Source: Candidatus Anstonellales archaeon (lineage in GTDB: Archaea; Micrarchaeota; Micrarchaeia; Anstonellales; J096). From it: a DNA stretch of 64,000 nucleotides. The position numbers and the translations under genes were made by a program. Positions 50,005-59,428 of this stretch are shown one piece after another. The notes under the pieces were generated by a model. That model saw nothing but the letters and a program-made list of their open reading frames with translations, was not told the DNA's origin and made no database searches. The DNA is taken from assembly GCA_038896535.1 (NCBI GenBank), contig JAWACY010000002.1:128001-192000 (forward strand). The letters run 5' to 3'. Each line of letters starts with the position of its first letter. Positions within the stretch are counted from its first letter, which is position 1.

Positions 50005-50400
50005 ATGAAGGAAAGCATACCTCTAAATTGGAGGAGGATCCCTTATAGGTATAAGCTTGAAGGCACAAAATGCTTGAATTGCAATAGCCATTTTTTCCCG
50101 CCCAGAATTGTATGTCCAAAATGCAGAAGGCAGGGGAAGATAACAACGCATAAATTCTCTGGTTATGGTAAAATATTAACTTTTACAAAAGTTTTTGTGC
50201 CTCCTGCAGGATTTGAGGAAATAGCCCCATATTATGTAGGCATAATAAAATTAGATGAAGGCCCTTGCATAACTGCACAGATTGTTGATTCTGAGAATGT
50301 TGAGATAGGAAAAAGAGTCAAATTAGTATTTAGAAGGTTGCAGCAAGACGGAGAGCATGGACTTATACATTATGGATTTAAATTTACTGTATTTGAATAA
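50005..50400 (+). CDS. DUF35 Zn-ribbon/OB-fold protein
   Basis: KCLNC..FFPPRIVCPKC, PYYVGIIKLDEG, IHYGFKF. Confidence 0.92.
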   Translation: MKESIPLNWRRIPYRYKLEGTKCLNCNSHFFPPRIVCPKCRRQGKITTHKFSGYGKILTFTKVFVPPAGFEEIAPYYVGIIKLDEGPCITAQIVDSENVEIGKRVKLVFRRLQQDGEHGLIHYGFKFTVFE

Positions 50401-51127
50401 GCCTGCTCTTGCCTTCTTCTGTTTGGATCATTGCATTATATATTAACCATTGCCCCCTATTCCTTAATCCTTTGCTTTCTGGTAATGAATACATAAATTC
50501 TCTGTTATTTGATATGACTTTTAACAACAACACCTTTGGTTTGTAAACAAAGCTTGAGAATACTGAAGTAAAGCTTTTGGTAGTTAAAGGCAATGAATAC
50601 ATAAGCTCTGCTTCAATGCCATTTCTTTCTATTTTATTTAAAATACTGCTTATAAAAGAAAATGCTTCACTCATACTTTTTACATATTGCCTAAATTGCC
50701 TTCTATTTTTATCAAATATCTTATCAAGAAATGCAATCATATATAAAGAACCCAAAACGCTAGAGAATGCTTCTATTTGTGCTGCATGTGATAAGAAAAC
50801 AGAAGATTGCCATGAAGGTTCCATCAAAGCATTAAATGCTTGTCTTGCTTTTTCATCATCAGAAATAAGCCTGAACTTGCCGTTTTTATCAGTAGTTATA
50901 GCCCCATAATATGATAGTATGTAAGCAATATGTGCTAATATTTTGCTGTTAAAATAAACTGTATTCTGCCTTACTTGCTTTCTTATGGCAATTTCCTTTT
51001 TGCGAAAATAATTGTTAAAAACCCTTTCCAAGCTGTTTTTTCTCCTTACACTAGAAAACATGAAGTATGGCAATCTTATAACCTCAACATTCCTGCTATA
51101 TGCTTCATCACAATTTTTATTATTCAT
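50384..51127 (-). CDS. Hypothetical protein coupled to the RelA/SpoT-like gene
   Basis: 247-aa ORF; ATGA overlap at 51124-51127. Confidence 0.65.
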   Translation of the reverse strand: MNNKNCDEAYSRNVEVIRLPYFMFSSVRRKNSLERVFNNYFRKKEIAIRKQVRQNTVYFNSKILAHIAYILSYYGAITTDKNGKFRLISDDEKARQAFNALMEPSWQSSVFLSHAAQIEAFSSVLGSLYMIAFLDKIFDKNRRQFRQYVKSMSEAFSFISSILNKIERNGIEAELMYSLPLTTKSFTSVFSSFVYKPKVLLLKVISNNREFMYSLPESKGLRNRGQWLIYNAMIQTEEGKSRLIQIQ

Positions 51128-52350
51128 TCTACCACCACTACAAAAGCATTGTTTTGTTTAATAACTTTTATATCTGGTTTTTCTGTTTTAATAACAGCAT
51201 TTATACATTGCTCTATTATCATTTCTGATTTCGCATTGTCAAAATAATGTAATAAAAATTCTCTTAAACAATTTCTTACTACCCTTTCATCTCTAAAACA
51301 TCTTATTTCATGTCTTGCTCTTAAGCGCCTTCCCAAATCATTGATTTTTATTTCTATATTAATATTCACTGTTCCTTTTTTTATCACTTCTAGATGCTGC
51401 ATTAAATACTTTTGAATGCCATGTATTGTTTCTATGCTGTTTTCCAGTCTTCCATAATTTTCATGGGTATCAACTTGCAATTCAACTGGAATAAATAGGC
51501 TTTTTTCTTCGCTCAAAAATTTGCATATTATATGTAATCTATTATAACCATTATCTTTTGGTTTAAGATAGTATTCCTTAATGCTATTATCTGTTGTAGC
51601 TGGATCTGTATCTATGAATAAGGCCGGATTTTTTTGTATATATTTTATTAAAGCATCTTCTAAAATACACATTTGCTTTTCCCTTTCTTTTTCCATAAAA
51701 ACAAGCCTTATCCCAACAAGGTCATGTAATTCAAATATGTGGTTCTCATCAAGGCCATATTGGCTTAATTTTTCATAAACATCAAATGGAGCTTTAATCC
51801 TTAACTCATAAAAAGCTAAATCAAAATCTGCTTTTTGCTTTATGTATTTCGATATTTCCCCTATTGTTTCAATAAGCGGCTTTATTTTCTGTCTTAACAT
51901 GATGCCATAATTTATGCGTCCATAATTAAAGCCATAGCTTGTACGCAAAAATAAATTATTAATAAAGAATTTCGGTATTCTGTGCAGACCAAATGACTTT
52001 GCCATCCCTCTTATCGCTGTTGCTTCTTCTACAACATGATAGCAAGTATTAATATCATAACCAGCAACTTCGTAAAGAAATAATGCAAATGCATTTAATG
52101 CTTTTTCTTTATCCCTACTGAGCAAAACAAAAAATTTATCAATAAATGGATTGAGGCCATCCCAATAAGATTTAAATAATATATTTCTAAATTCTGCTGT
52201 TTTTTTATCAAGAGAAAGTGCTTTTACATCTTCATCATTTGCATATTCCAATTTTTCAATTACTTTATTTCTATACCTAAGTCTCCTATAAAATGATGAT
52301 TTAGGTTTTATTTCCGGGTATCTGTAAAAAAATGTTTTTATATTGCCCAT
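51124..52350 (-). CDS. RelA/SpoT-like synthetase-domain protein (diverged)
   Basis: RIKAPFDVYEKL, HDLVGIR, EYYLKPKDNGYNRLH, VELQVDT align with RSH synthetase motifs. Confidence 0.8.
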   Translation of the reverse strand: MGNIKTFFYRYPEIKPKSSFYRRLRYRNKVIEKLEYANDEDVKALSLDKKTAEFRNILFKSYWDGLNPFIDKFFVLLSRDKEKALNAFALFLYEVAGYDINTCYHVVEEATAIRGMAKSFGLHRIPKFFINNLFLRTSYGFNYGRINYGIMLRQKIKPLIETIGEISKYIKQKADFDLAFYELRIKAPFDVYEKLSQYGLDENHIFELHDLVGIRLVFMEKEREKQMCILEDALIKYIQKNPALFIDTDPATTDNSIKEYYLKPKDNGYNRLHIICKFLSEEKSLFIPVELQVDTHENYGRLENSIETIHGIQKYLMQHLEVIKKGTVNINIEIKINDLGRRLRARHEIRCFRDERVVRNCLREFLLHYFDNAKSEMIIEQCINAVIKTEKPDIKVIKQNNAFVVVVE

Positions 52351-52395
52351 ATTTTACATAATATGTATAAAAGTGTTTTTAAATATTATTGACTA

Positions 52396-52483
52396 TGGGG
52401 CCACGAGGATTTGAACCCCGACTTACAGGTTTCTCTTATTTTTATCTGGAGCCTGCCGTGCTGCCAGATTACACCATGGCCCC
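52396..52483 (-). tRNA. tRNA-Trp(CCA) with 15-nt intron at 37/38 (52431-52445)
   Basis: GGGGCCA/TGGCCCC-A acceptor; GCAGG-CT-CCA-G|intron|A-CCTGT; GTTCAAATC. Confidence 0.9.
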
Positions 52484-52535
52484 TTTATTTATATCCAGAA
52501 ATAAATATTAAAAACAATATGCAGAAAAATTATAA

Positions 52536-52796
52536 ATGCTAAAGGTAATTTTCAAAGGTAATGTTCAAGGCGTTGGATTTCGTTATACTGCAAAATATTA
52601 TGCAATGAAAATAAATGCAAATGGCTATGTAAAAAACTTGAATGATGGCTCAGTTGAACTAATAACTGACAAGGAAGAACTTATAAACATGTTAAAAAAT
52701 CATTATAAAGATAATATCACTGAAATAAAAATAGAAAAAATAGAGCGCATAAATGAAAAAACAAATATAAATGGCTTTTCCATTCTATTTGATTAA
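52536..52796 (+). CDS. acyP: Acylphosphatase
   Basis: [21 protein letters not shown]. Confidence 0.95.
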   Translation: MLKVIFKGNVQGVGFRYTAKYYAMKINANGYVKNLNDGSVELITDKEELINMLKNHYKDNITEIKIEKIERINEKTNINGFSILFD

Positions 52797-52817
52797 CCCC
52801 TACCATAATCTTTATTC

Positions 52818-53966
52818 TTATTTCTCCGCCTGTTCTATTCTTATTTCTAATACATCCGCCGGCCTTTCTTTTTTTTGCCCATCAATTCTTGCTTTCGGCT
52901 TGTCGTTTTGTGGGTCATATTCTATTATATTTGAGCTAATATCAAGGCCGTGCTGTTCAAACAAGCCCTCTAATATTTCTTTAACTCTATCTATCCTTCT
53001 ATTGCCAACTTTTTTTTCATCTCTTCCCCTATGCAAGAAATAAAGCACTAACTTCTCTGTCTTTTTAAATTCCTCTACTGCTTTCTTGTAAGCATCAATA
53101 TTTACCCCTGTCATTTTTAATTGAGTGATAGTCTGCTCGGATAATAAAACTTCATCGGCAAATTTTTTCCTGCCTTCTGTAGTTGTTAAATCATATTGAG
53201 TTGTTGTTGCTTGAGGTGTTGTTGGTGGTGCTGTTGCTTGAGAGGGTGATGCTGGAGGAGGGCTGCTAGATGGTTCTTCTTCTCTATACCCTTTTGTTAA
53301 TTGAGCCAATTTCCAAAGCCAATATAAAAAAGCCTTTTTATCTTGTTCATCATTAAATTTTAAGTCTAAAGCTGCCATGGGTCTTTCTAAAGAGGTCTTA
53401 TCATCTTTATGAGCGTTATAAAAATCTTCAAACCCTTTACTTCTAGCGTCATCCAATAAAGAATTAAATCTATCTAATCCAGTTGCTGATGCTGTTGCTG
53501 TCTCGCTTGCTACACTTGCCCCAGTTCCTTGTGCGGCTGAACCAGTTCCTGTAGCTTCACTTTTAAACTCTGTAACACCAAACTCTAAGATTGCCTTCTT
53601 GGCTTTTTCACCAAACTTTCCATTAGTTATCTCTTCAACAAAACCTCTAGAACCAATAACAGGATTGCTCTCATTTTGCATATATTCTTTTATCTTATCT
53701 TCTTTTACTCCTGCTTTAAGTAAAAAAGCCACCCATAACATTAATAGCTCTTGTGCCTGGTCTGTTTTTAAGGGATTTCCATCTGCACCTTTTAATTGCT
53801 GCATGCGTGTTATATGGCTAGTAAACCATTGTTGATTTTGATGAGCTGTTATAAAATTATTTGCTGCATTGCCACCAAATCTCTCATTAAATGCAGTTCT
53901 AGCCTCTTCTTCAATGTTTTGCGTTTCCTGTTGTTGCTGTATCTGAGCTTGTTGGCTATTTGTCAT
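52818..53966 (-). CDS. Modular hypothetical protein with Q-rich N-terminus and T/A- and P/S/T-rich linkers
   Basis: 382-aa ORF; low-complexity linkers separate three folded-looking segments. Confidence 0.7.
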   Translation of the reverse strand: MTNSQQAQIQQQQETQNIEEEARTAFNERFGGNAANNFITAHQNQQWFTSHITRMQQLKGADGNPLKTDQAQELLMLWVAFLLKAGVKEDKIKEYMQNESNPVIGSRGFVEEITNGKFGEKAKKAILEFGVTEFKSEATGTGSAAQGTGASVASETATASATGLDRFNSLLDDARSKGFEDFYNAHKDDKTSLERPMAALDLKFNDEQDKKAFLYWLWKLAQLTKGYREEEPSSSPPPASPSQATAPPTTPQATTTQYDLTTTEGRKKFADEVLLSEQTITQLKMTGVNIDAYKKAVEEFKKTEKLVLYFLHRGRDEKKVGNRRIDRVKEILEGLFEQHGLDISSNIIEYDPQNDKPKARIDGQKKERPADVLEIRIEQAEK

Positions 53967-54014
53967 AAAAACATAATAACAAAAATATTTAAAAAAGCTC
54001 TTTTTTATTTTTTT

Positions 54015-54794
54015 ATGCAGGTTTATAATGATTTTGATTTAAGCAAGGCAATAAATGTTTTAATGAATAGGATGCCAAATCCTTATAATCTAATAACATT
54101 ATCTTTAATCATAATACTGGCTATAAACATATTTTTTGGATTTGATATAAATAAACTATTAAGCCCTTTAATTGCAGTTATAACAGCAGTTATTTTTGAT
54201 TATTTAATTACAATGTTAAAAACAAAAAAAGGCCAGATAAAGCAAACTGCATTGATTACAGGGCTTATAGTTGGCTTCGTAGTAAATTATAACATGCCAT
54301 TATACGCTTTTCTTTCTTCTGCACTTGCAATAATAATAAAGCATATAATAAGACATAATAATTCAAACATATTTAATCCAGCAGCTTCTGGTATGATAAT
54401 AACTTTTTTAATCAATAGAAATGCTGAACTTTGGTGGGTATCTGCTCCAAACATATTAATACTTGCTCCTATGCTAATACTTGGCTTTCTTGTTTCATTA
54501 AGAATAATGAGATTATATGCTAGCTTATCTTACATAATAGGGGCAATCATTATAATAATTGCTTTTAGGGGCTTTGAAAATTTCAACATCTTTTATGTTC
54601 CAATGTTCGGACCATTTTTCATGATCACTGAACCAAAAACAAGCCCAATAAAAGCATGGCAACAAATAGTATTTGGCTTTGCAATAGCAATAGTTGATGC
54701 TATTTCAGGTTATTTAAACTTATTACAATCGACATTTCTGCTTGGACTTTTATTTGGAAATTTAATGAATGCATTCCTTTTTAGGCGACTTTGA
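54015..54794 (+). CDS. RnfD/NqrB-like membrane protein
   Basis: TALITGL, IFNPAASG, FFMITEPKTSP motifs; multiple TM helices. Confidence 0.8.
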   Translation: MQVYNDFDLSKAINVLMNRMPNPYNLITLSLIIILAINIFFGFDINKLLSPLIAVITAVIFDYLITMLKTKKGQIKQTALITGLIVGFVVNYNMPLYAFLSSALAIIIKHIIRHNNSNIFNPAASGMIITFLINRNAELWWVSAPNILILAPMLILGFLVSLRIMRLYASLSYIIGAIIIIIAFRGFENFNIFYVPMFGPFFMITEPKTSPIKAWQQIVFGFAIAIVDAISGYLNLLQSTFLLGLLFGNLMNAFLFRRL

Positions 54795-54796
54795 TG

Positions 54797-56026
54797 TTAT
54801 TTAATAAAAGCATTTTTTATGTATGTCAAACCTTTAACACATGAAGCTGCTTTGTTTAATGCTTCTTCCGCTTTTTGTATGCTTTCATCTCTTGTCACAA
54901 GTGCAATACTCCTTGAAGGGCTTGAATAATAAACGCCGTTTTTCTCATTGAGGCCTTGAAAAAAATATCTTACTCCTAAAGCCCATATGCATTTTTCATT
55001 TATCTCTATCTTTACTGGCTTTTTCGCTCTTTCAGGATAACCTTTTGCAAACATAAATTTGCATACATTTGGCACTGTATTGAATCTTATTTCTTTTAAC
55101 TCTTTATTTATTATATCAGCAAAAACGCTTGCTATCTCATCATACATTAGTTGCAATATATTCAATGCTGCAGGGTCATTGAATGTTGAACTAAAACCAG
55201 TTAAAAATATCCCCTTTTCTGTCTTTATGAATTCTCCGCCTATGCTACCATTAAAAAATATAAAATTCTCATCAAAATATTTAACTACTTTCATTATCTG
55301 GTTTTTGCAATATTCTATATCATCCTTAGTCAAAAAATCTAATGCCTGTCCTGTTGTATAGCTAGCATAACCCTGACTTGAATAGCCATTATAAAATCTC
55401 AATACATAAACTGGTGGAGCAATACTTACTCTCTTTCCATCAGTAAAAGATAGCAAAACAAAATTTTTCCCATTTATCCTTGGCTCAATTATAACATTAG
55501 CATCTTTATTCTTTAATAATTTCCTGCAATAAGAAACTGCCTTTTTATCATTAGCTTTGAAAAATCTTGTGCCCCTACCCATTGTGTAGTAATTTGGCTT
55601 TATTGCAACCTCCATATTACTAAAATCATTAAGTATATTCTTTGCTTCTTCTATACTATTAGCCTTTTTGTATGGCACTGTCTTTATATCAAGCTTTGAG
55701 CATATTTCCTTTGCATAAACTTTATCTGATTCAATTTTTGATGCCTCAATGCCAGAACCTATAACACTTACATATTTTTCTAATTCATCAACAACACCAG
55801 CATTTATAAAAGTTCTTGAAAGCACAACAGCATAGCTTATTCTATGTTTTTTAACAAAATCTGCTATCTGCTTTGGCTCTGGCTTTTTTTGTATCAAATA
55901 TGAAATACTAAGCCTTCTTATTCCTGGATTGTCCCTTCTCATTACAGCATAAAGCTCTGCACTTCTAGCTACTCTATCACTAACTGTATGCGAAACTGCA
56001 TTATCGCCAATGACTAAAACGCGCAT
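54797..56026 (-). CDS. PurD-like ATP-grasp protein (diverged)
   Basis: MRVLVIG, NPGI, GVVDEL, SKIESDK.YAK, DG, F.DP, GYP layout of PurD, with several catalytic motifs altered. Confidence 0.7.
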   Translation of the reverse strand: MRVLVIGDNAVSHTVSDRVARSAELYAVMRRDNPGIRRLSISYLIQKKPEPKQIADFVKKHRISYAVVLSRTFINAGVVDELEKYVSVIGSGIEASKIESDKVYAKEICSKLDIKTVPYKKANSIEEAKNILNDFSNMEVAIKPNYYTMGRGTRFFKANDKKAVSYCRKLLKNKDANVIIEPRINGKNFVLLSFTDGKRVSIAPPVYVLRFYNGYSSQGYASYTTGQALDFLTKDDIEYCKNQIMKVVKYFDENFIFFNGSIGGEFIKTEKGIFLTGFSSTFNDPAALNILQLMYDEIASVFADIINKELKEIRFNTVPNVCKFMFAKGYPERAKKPVKIEINEKCIWALGVRYFFQGLNEKNGVYYSSPSRSIALVTRDESIQKAEEALNKAASCVKGLTYIKNAFIK

Positions 56027-56098
56027 AAAACATTTATTTAATTGTAATTTAAAAATATGACGCTCCAATTTTTTATTGCCCAACTCTAAAACTCTAAG

Positions 56099-57139
56099 CT
56101 ATGGGGCCAAATTTTTTAGTGTTTCAAAATACTTCTCCAAAAGTTGATAAAGTTTGTAATTTGCTCTTGCATAACCGCCAGTCTTATAAGTAGTTTTATT
56201 ATCAAGAAATAATAAAAGTGCATCATTCATATTTTGAAGGCTTTTATTGCCATTCTTTTTATTCTCATAATAATAAATAAACTCTTTCAATAATCGCTTA
56301 AATTCTGGCAGCCCTAAATTATGTAAAGAAGACACTAATATAGATACAAATTTCTTTCTTTGCTCGACATTTGCGCTTTCCCAGAGTTTATTAAAAAATT
56401 TGTTTGAATTTAGATATTCTCCAATAGAGCCTAACTCATAATAGTTAAGTAATAAAGTTGCTTTTGCTTGGCAATGAAAACTTACACAGTCATAAAAATT
56501 TTTATTTAGATGCCCTTCGAATAAGTTTACTAAGCCATTATAAGTTGCTTCTCTCATTTGAAAAGCCCCAATGCTATTTGCTTTATCTAATGAAGGAAGA
56601 GCATTCCAGGGAAATGAAGAAAGAGCATAAAATATATTGAGCATAGCTTCCTCATCATTAATAATTTGTTTTCCTACTATTTCGCCCATTGTCAAGCTTA
56701 ATATAAACTTTATATCAAAGAACTTTTGTATTTCGCTTCTAATCTTAATAATATTTTTTATTTCCATTTCTTTTAGGCTTTCTATTACTTTTATATATTC
56801 AGGCAATCTTGGTGGGAAAACTAGCACATACTTACCATCCTTTATAAAAAAAGGGTGAAGATTCCTATAGAAATATTTTGCACTTTTATACATAGCCATT
56901 TTTTCATTCCATAATCTTTCATTATGCATTATCCAATAAGTAAATTTCTCGCCATTTTTATAATATAAGATAATTTTATCTTTATAAAGCTCCATATAGC
57001 TTACATTTGGCGTTATCCCCTTTATCCAAACTGGAAATTTTTTAACGATTTTGTATTTTTCTCCGCTTGAAGGTTGATTTGTTTTCGTTTCTTTTTTCGG
57101 TTCTTTTAATGCATGCATAATATTTAAAATAGTTATCAT
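56099..57139 (-). CDS. Lysozyme-fold / lytic transglycosylase-like protein
   Basis: LTMGEI, SIGAFQMREATY, SLHNLG resemble SLT motifs I-III. Confidence 0.55.
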   Translation of the reverse strand: MITILNIMHALKEPKKETKTNQPSSGEKYKIVKKFPVWIKGITPNVSYMELYKDKIILYYKNGEKFTYWIMHNERLWNEKMAMYKSAKYFYRNLHPFFIKDGKYVLVFPPRLPEYIKVIESLKEMEIKNIIKIRSEIQKFFDIKFILSLTMGEIVGKQIINDEEAMLNIFYALSSFPWNALPSLDKANSIGAFQMREATYNGLVNLFEGHLNKNFYDCVSFHCQAKATLLLNYYELGSIGEYLNSNKFFNKLWESANVEQRKKFVSILVSSLHNLGLPEFKRLLKEFIYYYENKKNGNKSLQNMNDALLLFLDNKTTYKTGGYARANYKLYQLLEKYFETLKNLAP

Positions 57140-57150
57140 ATTAAAATTTT

Positions 57151-57732
57151 ATGCCTTTAAGCAAGACAGATAAGAAGTTTTTTGAAATCATAGCAATAAA
57201 TGGCCTTATTGCTATTTTAAGCATTTTATTAATAATATTTACGCAAAAAGGAGAGGAAGGGCATTATCATATTCACATAGATTTCAAAGTTTTTTTAGAT
57301 GGGCAAGAAGTAAATTTTTCAAAACCAGAGTATATGAGTGAAGAAGGAAAGGAATTAAGCAAAATTATACATTTACATGATATGAACGGAAATGTTTTGC
57401 ACATACACTCTGAAAATGCTAAATTAGAAGATTTTTTTAAGAGCATAAATATGACATTAACAGATAATTGCTTAATAACAAAAAACAAAAAATATTGCGG
57501 TTTAAAGCTCTATGTTAATAGAGGGGTTTTATTTTGGATTGAACAGAATATAAGCACATATAAACCAAAAGATTTGGATAGGATATTAATAACTGACGGA
57601 AAAGGGAATATAGAAGAACAAAAAAATGCTGTTACAGATGAAGCGTGTATACCTTCAAACAGATGTTTTTGGAGGGGCGTAGCAAAAGAGGAAAGCAGTT
57701 GCTCATCAAATTCTGTCAGCTGTCCTGTATAG
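57151..57732 (+). CDS. Membrane-anchored His/Cys-rich hypothetical protein
   Basis: TM helix; HIHIDF, IHLHD, LHIH; C-terminal Cys cluster. Confidence 0.7.
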   Translation: MPLSKTDKKFFEIIAINGLIAILSILLIIFTQKGEEGHYHIHIDFKVFLDGQEVNFSKPEYMSEEGKELSKIIHLHDMNGNVLHIHSENAKLEDFFKSINMTLTDNCLITKNKKYCGLKLYVNRGVLFWIEQNISTYKPKDLDRILITDGKGNIEEQKNAVTDEACIPSNRCFWRGVAKEESSCSSNSVSCPV

Positions 57733-57820
57733 CTTTCGCTCTATTCAATCTTAATATTCAGATTTTTTAATAACGTGCTATTCTTTAACTCTTTATCCTT
57801 TCAGCTTGCTTTTTTATATA

Positions 57821-59356
57821 TTAAATAGACTTTAATTTATTCATCACATAAACTATCTGCGGAACTTCTGAAGCAAGTTTCTCTATTTGTGCAATTATTA
57901 TAAATACTTTTCCCATGCTGCCTTTGTATTCTTTCTCAAATCTCAATATAACATGCTTATAGTAATTATCTGCAAGCTTATAAAGATTGTCTCTTATTTG
58001 CTTTGCTTCTTCTTTGCTTGGCTTTTTCTTAATATTCCTTATCCATGACATCAAAGTTTCCATTGATTCAATAATTATATACCTTTCAGTAGTATCCATA
58101 TGGTAAAAATTCATTGAATCATTTATGTTTTTTAATCTTTTTGCCAGATCTTTCAGCAAAACTGAAAATTTCGATAAATAAGCAAGCATTTCTGCATGTT
58201 TTTTGTCTGTTTCCTTAATTGAAGTTTTCGCTATATAATATGATATCTCATCATAAATAAATTCAGAGTAAGCATGGTATTTATTAACAATTACCTCATT
58301 ATTTTTTTGCTTTTCTGCCCCATCTCTTATCTCTTTTGCCATTTCCTCAATTGCATTCATATAATCAAGAAGTTGTGTCCTTATATTTTTTATTCTCCTA
58401 TTTACATCCTTTTCTGCTTTTAAGTATTTTACTTCAAATATTGTTTGCTGTGGCAGTTCATTAATTTCTCTTAACTTCCTTTCAATATGTGAAGAGAAAA
58501 ATGTCATTACAAAGGCAGCAAGGATATTCAATAACGTATGGGCATTGGCAACAAACCTGCCAGGATCATTTGATATATTTGATACTATATCATAAAGCTG
58601 ATTTATGAATAATATGCCTATTAAAACAACTATGACATTGAATAAAACATGGAATTGAGCTACTGTCTTCCCAAATTTATCTGAATGCCTTGAAGCAATT
58701 AAGGCAGTCGATACTGTACCAAGATTTCCTCCAAATATTACGAAAAATGAGTTATACAATGATATTAAGCCAGAAGAAGAAAGCAAAACAGCAATTGATG
58801 TTATTATCCCGCTTGATTGAACTATTATTGTAGCAACCAAACTAATGATAAATAGCAATAAAGTATCTTTTGTTTCAAAGAATTGAGTTAAATCTGCATT
58901 TCTCTTTATTATATCCTGTGCATATTCCAAAGAAAATATAACAAGCCCAAACATAAATATAGCCCTTCCTAAAATTGAAAACCTTCTAAAAAAAGATATT
59001 AAAAATCCAATTATTATTAAAGTTGGGGCTATAAAGAACAATTTAAATGAAACTATCTGGGCAGTCATTGTAGAACCGATATTAGCACCTATTATTAAGG
59101 CAAAGGCCTGTCTTAAAGTAATGGCTGAAGATGCTGTTAATGAAATTACAAGAACAGAAAAGGCACTGCTTGACTGTAAAATTGCAGTTATAATAAAGCC
59201 AGCTATTATATTTACCCAAAAATTCCTAAATTTTAATAATTTATTTTTTACTTCTTCTTTAACAAAGATTTCTGTTTCCTTTGTTAGTGCTTTAATTGAA
59301 TATATGAACAATGCTATTGCTGCCAAAAATGCAAGGCCTGCTTCTATTGTAATCAT
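57821..59356 (-). CDS. Na+/phosphate cotransporter family protein
   Basis: Two QSS repeats (ILQSSSA, IVQSSG), GANIGST / GGNLGT, ANAHTLLN. Confidence 0.92.
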   Translation of the reverse strand: MITIEAGLAFLAAIALFIYSIKALTKETEIFVKEEVKNKLLKFRNFWVNIIAGFIITAILQSSSAFSVLVISLTASSAITLRQAFALIIGANIGSTMTAQIVSFKLFFIAPTLIIIGFLISFFRRFSILGRAIFMFGLVIFSLEYAQDIIKRNADLTQFFETKDTLLLFIISLVATIIVQSSGIITSIAVLLSSSGLISLYNSFFVIFGGNLGTVSTALIASRHSDKFGKTVAQFHVLFNVIVVLIGILFINQLYDIVSNISNDPGRFVANAHTLLNILAAFVMTFFSSHIERKLREINELPQQTIFEVKYLKAEKDVNRRIKNIRTQLLDYMNAIEEMAKEIRDGAEKQKNNEVIVNKYHAYSEFIYDEISYYIAKTSIKETDKKHAEMLAYLSKFSVLLKDLAKRLKNINDSMNFYHMDTTERYIIIESMETLMSWIRNIKKKPSKEEAKQIRDNLYKLADNYYKHVILRFEKEYKGSMGKVFIIIAQIEKLASEVPQIVYVMNKLKSI

Positions 59357-59428
59357 AAAATGTTTTTTTTATTCCTGTTTTTAAAATTTTCTTTTAAAAT
59401 TTTCTTATTTATATCAATAAGTAATGAA

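Noticed and set aside
53796..54014. N-terminal extension of the RnfD-like ORF
   Set aside because: Antisense to the 52818-53966 gene; ATG 54015 is more plausible
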